From a virus, in the IMG/VR virus record IMGVR_UViG_3300026097_001200, positions 41,332-105,331 of that record: DNA of 64,000 nucleotides; one strand, written 5' to 3'. Shown here piece after piece: positions 27,057-36,666 of this stretch (the stretch's first letter is position 1; every line of letters begins with the position of its first letter). The translations under genes were made by a program, and so were the position numbers. Below the pieces are notes generated by a model that searched no databases, had not been told where the DNA came from, and saw only the letters and a program-made list of their open reading frames with translations.

Positions 27057-30015
27057 ATGAATCTTGTAGTTTATTTGAGTCGCCGTTGACACTAGAAAAA
27101 TAATCAAGTGCAGACTCAACTGCATGCTGTGTTACTTTACTTTCACAGGCTTTCCACTGTGATAGTCTATACTCGTTTTCTATATCAGGCAAGCTAGCTT
27201 GTAGTTTGATCGTTTCACGGAATGCAGTGCGCCATTCTGTAATCTCATCACCATACACCGCAGTGCCACTTACAACAGGTACCACTTCGTGCGCTTTTTC
27301 CATTGTAAGGTCTAACTCTGTGCCAGTACTACTGAGTAAAAGATCTTTGTTATAAGCAACAGCGGCCATGTGCCCATAGGTCAATCCTGTTGTAGGATTG
27401 TGCGCATGGAAAATATAGTGCTTGGGCTGTTGCATTCTGTCAGGTTGCCAGTTCCAGTCAAAGTCTTCGGCTACATTTAGCTTTGCAGGCACTAGAATAA
27501 ACCAATCAGTGCTTGCTAGCTCTGCGGCTTTTTTAAATGCTTCTAGTCGTCCGTTGATGCCTTCTACTACATGCAACTGTTGATTGTTTGGTAACACCGC
27601 ACGTAGACGCTGTAAATGCGTCTGTGACACCGTTTCACCGTTGCTTACAAACACTACATCCAGTGCCGATACTGGGTTATTAGCTTGTGTTTTATCTATA
27701 TAAGCATAGTCATACAACTGTGTTTTCACAACTCCGTGTGCTTCTTTTGGCACAATCACAGTGGTGGCACCACTGTCCAACGGCATAACGGTTTTAGTTT
27801 TATCTCTCCACAAGCTAACAGTAGGTATCTTGGTCGGCACAGTACCTACTGTAAACACGGTCAGCGGAGCAGCGGCAGTGTGAGTCTTTACACGATCTAC
27901 ATGACTGTTATCAGAATGCTCCACAACTGGCATTGGCCAGCGAGGCACAGATTGATCTGTTGCGTAGTTTACTGTTTCAAACCAATCCAATATCTCAATG
28001 TTTTCTATTCCATGTTTAAAGCTAGGCACATGCAGGAAGAACGTATCACCGAATTTTTGCTCGTTGCTAGGAAACACATGTAGCATGTGCTTTTGCCATG
28101 CTTCTGGCTGCCAAGAAAAATCAAAAGACTGATAATCACACACTGTGCTTGTTACCCAGATATACTCATCTGCCGCACTGTCTACTAGACGTTTAAGTGT
28201 GTCAAGATAATTGTCAAAGTACCGAGCTTGCTTAACCACGCGATAATTGTTTTGTAAATGATCAAACACTTGATCTCTTTCTGGATTGCCGTGGTCAATC
28301 ACATAAATGCTATATGCATCAGCAGGTGCATGCACTGTTTGATTTTCAACAAAATTCAAATTAGGAAACTGTTCGATACTGTCAGCCCAGCGGCAGTGCC
28401 TATCAAACTCCCAGCGGTTGATCAAAAACGTATCACTCCACTTGTTCCACTGACTGCCAAACACATGTGTCATTGATCTCTGCCAAGGCTCTGGATGCCA
28501 GTCAAAGTCAAATTCACTGTAGTCATTTTCACTGCCGATTACCCAAAAACGCTGTGTTGTGCTTTTCTTGGCACAGCGTTTCACAGTGTCTAGCACAGAG
28601 TTAAAATAGCGCACACGTTGTATACCTGGATACCTTTCTGCTAGTGCATCAAATCTGGCACCAGAACTGGCATTACTGCGATCCATGTAAAAAATATCCA
28701 GTGTTTTTATTGTTTTACTTTCTAGTGTACGCTGAGGAATATCACCTGCAAATTTGATCTCGGTGGCGCCAGGCACGGTGTAGGTTAAATTCACACTGCT
28801 TTGATAGTCTGTGCCAAAATGATATATGTATGGAGGATCGCCTGGATCAGGTATCCAGCTAAAGTCTACTGCATCTGCATCTACTTCTTCGGGTACTGTC
28901 CAGCGCCGCTGATCGGGCTGTAGTGTTGCAACAGGATCCATTATGAATTTTCTTTCTGTTGCTCCTGGCATATGATATTCAATGGTACTCATTATTTCTG
29001 CATTATGCCATTGATTACCAAACACGTAAATGTAAGGCGGATCACCAGGGTCCGGGCACCAACTACGGTCGAACTCAAACTCGAATCCGTGTTCTGGAAC
29101 ATGCCAATTTGTGTTTGTTTCTAGCAGTGTTGCACGAGGATAATCAACAAACTTGCGTTCACTGGCACCGGGCATGTGGTATTCCATGGTGGGCATAATT
29201 TCTGCATCGTGCCACTGATTGCCAAACACATAGATGTACGGTGGATCGTCAGGGTCGGGTTCCCAACTAAGGTCAAACCTGCACGGACTATACAGCCATT
29301 GCCATAATTCTCCGTTGCTTGCACAGCGAGTGGCCTTTACTTCGTTTACATATTTGCGTTCAACTGCGCCTGGCACAGTGTAGGTTGCACTTGTTCTTTT
29401 TTCAGCAGGCCACCACTGATTGCCAAACACATAGATATAAGGTGGATCTGTTGGGTTTGGTCTCCAACGGAACAGTGGATCTTCCAGCAATAAGTTGTCT
29501 TGTATTTCAAACAAAGAACTGTCGTGCTTGGTTGTAACAGTAAAATCGCTTACAAACTTTCTGCCGATTGCATCTGGCATTCTGTATTCTGCGCCGCCTA
29601 TTCTATCCCAACCCCATTCAACTGGAAATTCATAGATATACGGCGGGTCCATTGGATCAGGACTCCACTGTGAATCAATGCTAGCAGGATCAATATAATC
29701 CGGAATATACCAAAAAGCTGGATCACTGTATCTATGAAGAACTGGCAATTCATGCCACGTGGTTTCGGTGTAACCTGCCTTGGGCACTAGATATGTGCCG
29801 CCATCCAGCTGATGTTGATTAGGCCAGGCATGTCGTTGATGTGACTGCCACGGCGCAGGTTCCCAAAGAAAATCCCAGTTACTGTAATCAGATAAGTAAT
29901 CAACAATCCAACAATATCGAGTACGAGACATTTCACACGCATGATCTATATCTCTAGCACGAACAGCATGTACACCCTCGGGTGCACGATTTCCTAGGTA
30001 AAATATATCAAACAT
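27007..30015 (-). CDS. multi-module glycosyltransferase-like protein with internal repeats (1002 aa)
   Basis: Four GT-A-like modules (DIF/DVVF...W(I/V)...F.W.P..W...H.F) and five DPPYIY repeats. C-terminal WRTAFRETIKL resembles WRAGFREGVKM of 49907..50830. Confidence 0.7.
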   Translation of the reverse strand: MFDIFYLGNRAPEGVHAVRARDIDHACEMSRTRYCWIVDYLSDYSNWDFLWEPAPWQSHQRHAWPNQHQLDGGTYLVPKAGYTETTWHELPVLHRYSDPAFWYIPDYIDPASIDSQWSPDPMDPPYIYEFPVEWGWDRIGGAEYRMPDAIGRKFVSDFTVTTKHDSSLFEIQDNLLLEDPLFRWRPNPTDPPYIYVFGNQWWPAEKRTSATYTVPGAVERKYVNEVKATRCASNGELWQWLYSPCRFDLSWEPDPDDPPYIYVFGNQWHDAEIMPTMEYHMPGASERKFVDYPRATLLETNTNWHVPEHGFEFEFDRSWCPDPGDPPYIYVFGNQWHNAEIMSTIEYHMPGATERKFIMDPVATLQPDQRRWTVPEEVDADAVDFSWIPDPGDPPYIYHFGTDYQSSVNLTYTVPGATEIKFAGDIPQRTLESKTIKTLDIFYMDRSNASSGARFDALAERYPGIQRVRYFNSVLDTVKRCAKKSTTQRFWVIGSENDYSEFDFDWHPEPWQRSMTHVFGSQWNKWSDTFLINRWEFDRHCRWADSIEQFPNLNFVENQTVHAPADAYSIYVIDHGNPERDQVFDHLQNNYRVVKQARYFDNYLDTLKRLVDSAADEYIWVTSTVCDYQSFDFSWQPEAWQKHMLHVFPSNEQKFGDTFFLHVPSFKHGIENIEILDWFETVNYATDQSVPRWPMPVVEHSDNSHVDRVKTHTAAAPLTVFTVGTVPTKIPTVSLWRDKTKTVMPLDSGATTVIVPKEAHGVVKTQLYDYAYIDKTQANNPVSALDVVFVSNGETVSQTHLQRLRAVLPNNQQLHVVEGINGRLEAFKKAAELASTDWFILVPAKLNVAEDFDWNWQPDRMQQPKHYIFHAHNPTTGLTYGHMAAVAYNKDLLLSSTGTELDLTMEKAHEVVPVVSGTAVYGDEITEWRTAFRETIKLQASLPDIENEYRLSQWKACESKVTQHAVESALDYFSSVNGDSNKLQDSFSWEWVSRRYEESYAN
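28740..29720 (-). repeat. five tandem ~67-aa repeats W.PDP.DPPYIY.FG.QW...Y..PGA.E.K
   Basis: Five copies visible in the translation. Boundaries approximate. Confidence 0.85.
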
Positions 30016-31141
30016 GATTAGAATTGACGAACTTTATAACAATGTGTTTTGGCCGTGGATAAGTCAAAATATACCTTTGTGTAGAATGTATTTTTGTGAT
30101 CCTCCCGGACAAAGTGATCCGGATAGTTTATATAATTATGGACATGATCTCCATGAACTACATTATATATACTTTCACGACCAAGAGCCAATTCATTTGG
30201 ACCTACACAGACCACTTTTTAACGAAGTAGCAGAACGCAGCAGAGATCTTGACTTTGACCGAGAAGCTTTTGGTAAAGCAGTTGTTACCAGTGAGCACAA
30301 CAGCGAGTTTGTTGATCAAATCTGCGAAGACTACGGCTGGCGACAATACTATTACTTTTTCCATGGCTGGGCAGCAATGGATTGGTACCGAGGATACAAT
30401 CGATCTTGGTTGATGCCCAAGCCAGAAGACAGGAAAATGAAACGCAGTTTTATTTGTCCAACTCGCATCGTAGGCGGTAAGCGTGATCATAGAGTATTGC
30501 TGGTATATCAGTTTATTAAACAGCAAATTGAAAATGCTTGGCTGAGCTGCCCAAGAACATGCCCGGTGGAAAACATTAACATAGAAGACATTGCTGCAAA
30601 GTTTAGCATGCACTATCCAGACATCGAGCAAACATTAAAAGATGCTGACTTGCCCTGGCAATTTCCTGGTGAAACAGATCACCCAATGCACAGTTGCTGG
30701 CTGAGCTTGTTTGATGAGTGTGCCGAAAGTTTAGCATATGTTGTTACTGAAACAGTGTTTTCAGGTCGTAGGCATCATTTAACTGAAAAAACATTTAAAC
30801 CAATATGTTTACAAATGCCATTTATACTGGTTGCACCGCAAGGCAGCCTAGAATATCTTAAACTCTACGGCTTTAGAACCTTTGATGATTTTTGGGACGA
30901 AAGCTACGACCAAGAACCAGACGATTATCGCAGACTAGAAAAAGTAGCTGAGCTGTGTAAAAAGATAGATAGTATGACATCTGCAGAAAGAACAGATATG
31001 TACAAGGCAATGATGCCAATCATTGAACACAATTACAATCATTTCTACCACGGAGGATTTGAAACTGTGCTTTGGACAGAACTGGAACAAATGCTAGAAC
31101 AGATGCAGAAAGATTTTAAAATAAAGGGTATTGATAGATGA
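30014..31141 (+). CDS. putative glycosyltransferase-like protein (TEK-T-K family)
   Basis: VVTET...LTEKTFKPI...PFILV...LK.YGFRTF..FWDESYD. Confidence 0.6.
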   Translation: MIRIDELYNNVFWPWISQNIPLCRMYFCDPPGQSDPDSLYNYGHDLHELHYIYFHDQEPIHLDLHRPLFNEVAERSRDLDFDREAFGKAVVTSEHNSEFVDQICEDYGWRQYYYFFHGWAAMDWYRGYNRSWLMPKPEDRKMKRSFICPTRIVGGKRDHRVLLVYQFIKQQIENAWLSCPRTCPVENINIEDIAAKFSMHYPDIEQTLKDADLPWQFPGETDHPMHSCWLSLFDECAESLAYVVTETVFSGRRHHLTEKTFKPICLQMPFILVAPQGSLEYLKLYGFRTFDDFWDESYDQEPDDYRRLEKVAELCKKIDSMTSAERTDMYKAMMPIIEHNYNHFYHGGFETVLWTELEQMLEQMQKDFKIKGIDR

Positions 31142-32178
31142 CATCACAAATAAAAGCGTATACTAGTTGGCAACCACTGGAAGAAGTAATTGTAGGCAAT
31201 GTGTTTACGCCAGAACACTTTGAATTTATCGAAGATCGGCAGGTATTCAATCAGCTTAGTCAGATACTTGAGGAAAGTGCCGAGGACCTGGATAATTTAC
31301 AAAAAACCATCGAAGAATACGGTGCACGAGTACGACGCCCGGATCTACCTAATGTACATCGTTTTCATGAGCAACAGATTGCCGACCAAGGTGCTCCACT
31401 GCCTCCATTGACTCCAAGAGACTGGCAGATTACACTGGGCGATAAACTATTGCGTGTATTGCCTGTACAAGAACTGGATAATATCTGTGCAGACCTAGAA
31501 ACCCATAACCCTGGACAGGTAATAAACCCGCATCAAGGAGAATGGGACGAAAATTGTGTACTCAACGGCGCAAGTGCAAGTTGCATTGTACGAGTAGGCA
31601 AAGACGTTTTCTTTGACAATTCAGACTATTTAAAACCAGAACAAACTCGCTGGATTGTCGACAATGTTCTAGGCTCAGAATATCGTATACACGAAGCTGT
31701 TACTGACGGGCACGGCGATGCTGTGTTTGCTATTCTCAAACCAGGTGTGCTATTGAGCAGCAAATGGGATGATCAGCTGGATCTAGCAGGCGACTTTCCT
31801 GGATGGGATGTTTGTAAAATCTGGGATAGTTCAATATGGGCAGCAATGGAAGTTGGCAAATTTAAACAGGAAAACTTTAACGGTCGTTGGTATGTTACAG
31901 GACAAACGCCTACTCCAGAATTTTCAAACTTTGTAGACAGTTACCTGAGTCAATGGGTAGGATTTGTGGAAGATACAGTGTTCGATGTAAACTGTTTGGT
32001 GCTGGACGAAGAAAATGTTATTTTTAGTGCATACAACAAACAGGTATTTGACTACTGCGAAAAACACAAGATCAATCCTATTGTCAGTGAACTACGACAC
32101 AGTTATTTCTGGGACGGAGGAATCAGTTGTTGTACGCAAGACCTACGTAGAAAAGGTGAGTTAGAGAGCTATCTCTAG
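31138..32178 (+). CDS. amidinotransferase (glycine/inosamine-phosphate amidinotransferase family)
   Basis: [21 protein letters not shown] and GGISCCTQD (catalytic Asp/His/Cys). Confidence 0.85.
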   Translation: MTSQIKAYTSWQPLEEVIVGNVFTPEHFEFIEDRQVFNQLSQILEESAEDLDNLQKTIEEYGARVRRPDLPNVHRFHEQQIADQGAPLPPLTPRDWQITLGDKLLRVLPVQELDNICADLETHNPGQVINPHQGEWDENCVLNGASASCIVRVGKDVFFDNSDYLKPEQTRWIVDNVLGSEYRIHEAVTDGHGDAVFAILKPGVLLSSKWDDQLDLAGDFPGWDVCKIWDSSIWAAMEVGKFKQENFNGRWYVTGQTPTPEFSNFVDSYLSQWVGFVEDTVFDVNCLVLDEENVIFSAYNKQVFDYCEKHKINPIVSELRHSYFWDGGISCCTQDLRRKGELESYL

Positions 32179-32516
32179 CTCTCCATATAATGCTGTATAT
32201 ATTGTACCTTGCCGGGCACATCTGTCCATGATTTGTGATCTGACAACGGGTCTATTTTTTGAGTAATATTGTTATCTGCCCATTTTGCTGATAGCTCTGC
32301 ATTTATTTTAAACCAGTCAATTCCGTCATCGGGTACTTCGTCTTCTGCAACAATGGCATCCACAGGACACTCTGGAATACAAACTGCACAGTCAATGCAC
32401 TCATCAGGGTTGATTACAAGAAAGTCAGGACCTTCGTAAAAACAGTCCACTGGGCATACATCAACACAGTCTGTGTGTTTGCATTTAATACAATTGTCAG
32501 TTACTAAGTGTGTCAT
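32175..32516 (-). CDS. fdxA: 7Fe/8Fe ferredoxin, FdxA type
   Basis: [29 protein letters not shown]...[17 protein letters not shown]. Confidence 0.95.
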   Translation of the reverse strand: MTHLVTDNCIKCKHTDCVDVCPVDCFYEGPDFLVINPDECIDCAVCIPECPVDAIVAEDEVPDDGIDWFKINAELSAKWADNNITQKIDPLSDHKSWTDVPGKVQYIQHYMES

Positions 32517-32523
32517 AAGTCTC

Positions 32524-33231
32524 CTAGGTTACAAATGCACGTTCAAGTACAAACGTGCCTGGATTTTTCTTATTGCCTTCAGTGTATCCATTGGATACTA
32601 AAAGATTTTTCATGTCTTGGTTGAATGCCATACTGCCGCATAACATCACTCTATCTGTTTCTGGGTTACTATTAGTCATTATAGCGCCAGATTCAATATG
32701 TTTTTGTATACGTCCTGTGTTAACAAATTCTTCCTGAGTTACTGTCGGGAAATAATCTATGTCAAGATCTTGCAAAAACTCGTGATAACTTAATAATTCA
32801 GCAGGTGTTCTCACAGTCCAGGTTACATGTACTCGTTTGTAAATATTGAAGATTTCTCCGTCTCGTAACAAACTGATAAAAGGTGCAATGCCAGTTCCAG
32901 TTGCCATTAGCCAAAGATCGTGTCCTGGTTGCACAAATTGTGTTGTTAAACTTCCTGTTGGTCGATCGCCTACTTCTATAGTATCACCAGGTTGTACATG
33001 TTGTAGTCTACTTGTTAACGGACCATCGGGTACCTTAATACTGTAAAATTCCAGAAACGGATCTCCTGGTGCACTGGTAATACTGTAAGCTCTCATGAGA
33101 TCATTATCTCCCATTCCTATCATTGTAAACTCACCAGCACGAAAAGTAAAGTCATTTGGCTTTTCTGTTCGGATCCTAAACAGTCGATCTGTGTAGTGTT
33201 CTACTTCTGTTATTTTTAATATTTCTGACAT
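32524..33231 (-). CDS. fpr: ferredoxin--NADP+ reductase
   Basis: [26 protein letters not shown] and ERAF. Confidence 0.95.
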   Translation of the reverse strand: MSEILKITEVEHYTDRLFRIRTEKPNDFTFRAGEFTMIGMGDNDLMRAYSITSAPGDPFLEFYSIKVPDGPLTSRLQHVQPGDTIEVGDRPTGSLTTQFVQPGHDLWLMATGTGIAPFISLLRDGEIFNIYKRVHVTWTVRTPAELLSYHEFLQDLDIDYFPTVTQEEFVNTGRIQKHIESGAIMTNSNPETDRVMLCGSMAFNQDMKNLLVSNGYTEGNKKNPGTFVLERAFVT

Positions 33232-33932
33232 AACAACCTCTGTTTGACTTCCTCAGCATAATCCTGCTGATATTGCCCGGGGCAGTGATACGTAGGAAGT
33301 TTTAATTGATCATGATTTTTAAAATTTTCTATCCAAATCTTTTGAAGATTTGTTTCTGTTTCTAATGAATAATATTTTTCAAAAAACAGTTTATCAACAT
33401 CATCGCCGTAGGTTTTAAAAAATTTTTTACTCTCGGTACGATAAAACATTCTATATACAGCATCGTTGGTCGGTATCTGCAATACAGTTCTACTCCATGC
33501 TATTGCTTTGGAATTTTCACATGCTATTTCTAATGCCTTTGCAGCTACTGACATAGCTGCAAAGTCTTGCGCAGGAGTATGTGCTAATTTGTTGTAATAT
33601 TCTATGCAATCTTTATGTTCTTGAGTCTGATATTCTTTGTTACAGCTTGTAAACCATCTGTAGGTGAGTTTTTTATAAAACGGATCTTGTCCTGGTGCAA
33701 AACTAAAATCTGTTCTATAACAATCAGTAAACCCTAAAAAAATATAATCAGGATTAATTTTTAATCCTTCAAGCAGTTGACTGAGTATTCCAGTATTACT
33801 TGCGCCAGGTATTGCATAATTAGTTACTTCAAAATCACTGTTTAACAATTCACTCCAATGAGTGTTGCGATATTTTGGTGTTTGATCTTCGGCATGAAAG
33901 CTGTCACCTACTACTAGCAGTCTAGGTTTCAT
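33216..33932 (-). CDS. SGNH-fold protein
   Basis: VVGDSF, NYAIPGASN, FT...R and distal YH. ATGA-coupled start at 33932. Confidence 0.7.
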   Translation of the reverse strand: MKPRLLVVGDSFHAEDQTPKYRNTHWSELLNSDFEVTNYAIPGASNTGILSQLLEGLKINPDYIFLGFTDCYRTDFSFAPGQDPFYKKLTYRWFTSCNKEYQTQEHKDCIEYYNKLAHTPAQDFAAMSVAAKALEIACENSKAIAWSRTVLQIPTNDAVYRMFYRTESKKFFKTYGDDVDKLFFEKYYSLETETNLQKIWIENFKNHDQLKLPTYHCPGQYQQDYAEEVKQRLLCQKY

Positions 33933-35437
33933 GGTGTACACACTCGTGTGTTATATAATTTCTCGAATCTTTGTGCATCTTCAACCGTATCAACCATCGG
34001 TTCGCCACGGATATTCAAGCTGGTGTTAAGCAACATAGGACAGTCTGTTAACACGTACCATTTCTCTAAAAGCTTTCTTATACCACTGGCGCTGTCCTTG
34101 GGTACAGTTTGTACTCTGCTGGTGCCGTCTACATGCACAATAGCAGGATACAATTCAGGATGTTTACAATAGGCAGTAACCTGCATGTAAGGACTGCTGG
34201 AAAATCCTTTGGGCATTGCAAAGTATTGATCTGCATATTCTTCCAAGATCACAGGTGCAAATGGACGAAACTTTTGACGTTTCTTAATAGTGTTTACTAG
34301 ATCTTTGATATCGTCGCCTCTAGGATCTGCTAGTAGACTTCTGTTGCCTAAAGCTCTAGGACCAAATTCAGCACCTCCGGCAGCTACACCTACAATGCGA
34401 TTTGTTAGCAATTCGTCAAGTAGTTCGTTAACTGGGTATTCACCTTCGATGCATGTACCGATGTAAGGGTGTTGCCAATTCACACGCTTACCGTAGCGCA
34501 ATGCTGCACAGCCAAGTCCGCTGCCGGCATCACCAGGATTGGGCATGATCCATACATTGTCAAAGTTGAATCCAACATTGCGATTTGCAACACAATTAAG
34601 TGCTACGCCTCCCATGTACACTAGATTCTTGCTTTTTCCCAGTTCAGCAGCTATACACATAACATCTTGAATTAATTCTTCGGTAATGGTTTGAGCTGCA
34701 AATGCTATTTCTTCGTTGCTGTAGTCTTCCCAGTGACTGGCATCTATGCCTGTGTGAAAATTTTCTCGAAACTGTAGTTTGTTGTCTTCATAGAAATAAC
34801 GCTGTTTCATCTGTGATTCAAGCATGTTGTTGCTCATAAGCGACTTGGCTTTTTCGTGTCCAAACGCTGCCATGCCCATGGTAATATATTCTTCGTCCAT
34901 TGGACGTAGACCTACACGTTGCGTAATAGCACTGTAAAACAATCCAATACTGTGAGGATATCTTTGCCCCCAGAGTTTTTTATAACGTGCTCGTCCGTTG
35001 CGATCATAGTATGCATGATATATGCTGATGGTGTCAAGTTCGCCAATGGCATCAATAACAACCACTGTGGCATCGTCATAAGGAGAAGTTTGAAATCCTG
35101 CGGCTGCATGACTGAGGTGATGCGGATAACAGCTGGTGGTTAAATTGCTGTTCCAGTGATCTCCGAGCATGAATTTTAATGTGCCGTTTAGGCTCCATTC
35201 AGACCGGGTTGGTTGTCCACTGATCCATTGTTGCATATTGTGCATCCATGGACGTTCGTAGTATGCAACATGTTCAATTGGATATTCAAAACAACGATCC
35301 ATTATGGATTTACAGAGATGCCGGTCGTGTTTATTCTTGCTGAATCTTTCACTGTGTGTTGCAAATTGGATATTGCCATCACGATCAAGCACACACACAC
35401 CTGCATCATGGAATCCTGCACTAATTCCTAGTATCAT
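33929..35437 (-). CDS. carbamoyltransferase (NodU/CmcH family)
   Basis: GIS..HD, HHLSHAA, DAIGE, GGVALNC, EFGPRALGNRS, FRPFAP and LLNTSLN. Confidence 0.95.
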   Translation of the reverse strand: MILGISAGFHDAGVCVLDRDGNIQFATHSERFSKNKHDRHLCKSIMDRCFEYPIEHVAYYERPWMHNMQQWISGQPTRSEWSLNGTLKFMLGDHWNSNLTTSCYPHHLSHAAAGFQTSPYDDATVVVIDAIGELDTISIYHAYYDRNGRARYKKLWGQRYPHSIGLFYSAITQRVGLRPMDEEYITMGMAAFGHEKAKSLMSNNMLESQMKQRYFYEDNKLQFRENFHTGIDASHWEDYSNEEIAFAAQTITEELIQDVMCIAAELGKSKNLVYMGGVALNCVANRNVGFNFDNVWIMPNPGDAGSGLGCAALRYGKRVNWQHPYIGTCIEGEYPVNELLDELLTNRIVGVAAGGAEFGPRALGNRSLLADPRGDDIKDLVNTIKKRQKFRPFAPVILEEYADQYFAMPKGFSSSPYMQVTAYCKHPELYPAIVHVDGTSRVQTVPKDSASGIRKLLEKWYVLTDCPMLLNTSLNIRGEPMVDTVEDAQRFEKLYNTRVCTP

Positions 35438-35445
35438 GTACGGCC

Positions 35446-35574
35446 TTACTTGTAGATGAAAGGATCTCTTTTACGAAGTTCCTTGAGTTTTCGCTTATAT
35501 TGAATATGCAGTTTGATTCTGCGATATGTGTCAAGCACCCAGCGAAATGTAATAATATATTTTAACGTGTTCAT
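35446..35574 (-). CDS. small basic protein ending KRDPFIYK (42 aa)
   Basis: Manual translation MNTLKYIITFRWVLDTYRRIKLHIQYKRKLKELRKRDPFIYK*. AAGGGG RBS with an ATAATTA motif upstream. Confidence 0.75.
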   Translation of the reverse strand: MNTLKYIITFRWVLDTYRRIKLHIQYKRKLKELRKRDPFIYK

Positions 35575-35598
35575 GGTTTTCCCCTTGCACTGTAATTA

Positions 35599-36666
35599 TC
35601 AATGATCGGCCAGTGCCCGAATTTGTTGAGCCATGTAGTCTTGATCACTCCAGTGATACGAATACTCTGCATGTTGATCATTGGTACTAACACTGTGTAC
35701 ATCTAAATAATCGTTAAGCAGTGCCCAAATGGTTTCAAAATTATCTGTGCCAAAGCTAGCATGCAAGTCTACTTGCCCTATCTGCGGATGCCCAATTGTG
35801 AGACTTTTGTCCTCAGGATCAAATCCGTTTGCTATTAGCCAACTTCTAAAATCTGCCATTTCACGTTGAAAAAATTCATAGTTGCCAGGATTGTTTGCCC
35901 ATTCGATATCAAAGTCTCCGGCAGCTTCGGTTTGACTGTTCAACGATGTAGTAACCAACTCGTCAATTCTGCTGTCTCGTCCTTCGTCGTGAAATACTTC
36001 CCAGTGATGTTTACCTACAGCTTTGTTAACTCCTACAAATACACCGCCCAATGGTCTGGCCAGTGTTTCTACTCCAAACAGTTCATAGTCACTTTCGTCT
36101 AATGTAAATCTCGGAGCATTGAGCCAGCACATCAATTGACTAGGTCTACGCCACTCAGGTGCATGTAGTTTTTTACGCATGCTTAGTACAAGACTTTCGT
36201 ATTCATGGCACAGCAAATTCAGCTGACGTATGTGCCAGCGAGTCATGTCGTTTGCCTGTTTGTAATAAGGGCTGATATCTGCACTGGTTCCTTGTAGATC
36301 TTCAAAGTATCTATGCAACCAATTCATTTTTTCCTGAACCAGTTTGTGCCCGGGTAAATCCTCACCTACTGGTCCAGTGGTTATTGTGTTTTCAACTGTG
36401 AAGTGGTCATGAATAGCATAGTCCAAGTTGCTAGCGTTGATTGCTGCAATGCTGCGATTGATTTGATCGCAGATGTATTCTGCACTGCGTTCACCGTCAG
36501 GAAAGCCAAAAAAGCAATAGTTCTTTTCTAGATGTAGATCTCTGCTTAGTATTGTGTTTAGTGCGTCAAGCCATTTTCTCGACAGGCCGTTGTCGTATAC
36601 ATCAATGTGCACCGGCAACAGTGATCCTGATGTACGATTCTTTAGCTCGATTGAAATTTTATCCAA
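35599..36666 (-). CDS. conserved hypothetical protein
   Basis: Probable TTG start at 36666 (track start 36744 overlaps the upstream gene). NWLHRYFE, LNLLCHEYE and VGKH motifs suggest a metal site. Confidence 0.7.
   Translation of the reverse strand: MDKISIELKNRTSGSLLPVHIDVYDNGLSRKWLDALNTILSRDLHLEKNYCFFGFPDGERSAEYICDQINRSIAAINASNLDYAIHDHFTVENTITTGPVGEDLPGHKLVQEKMNWLHRYFEDLQGTSADISPYYKQANDMTRWHIRQLNLLCHEYESLVLSMRKKLHAPEWRRPSQLMCWLNAPRFTLDESDYELFGVETLARPLGGVFVGVNKAVGKHHWEVFHDEGRDSRIDELVTTSLNSQTEAAGDFDIEWANNPGNYEFFQREMADFRSWLIANGFDPEDKSLTIGHPQIGQVDLHASFGTDNFETIWALLNDYLDVHSVSTNDQHAEYSYHWSDQDYMAQQIRALADH

Noticed and set aside
28740-29720. CRISPR array or DGR template/variable repeats
   Set aside because: The repeats are degenerate in-frame protein repeats of about 200 nt. 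There are no spacers, cas genes or reverse transcriptase in the window.
31138-35574. Saxitoxin-like toxin cluster (sxtG/I/K/L/W look-alikes)
   Set aside because: Only broad enzyme families overlap. No SxtA-like PKS/aminotransferase or other core genes are present, and the context is dominated by glycosyltransferases.
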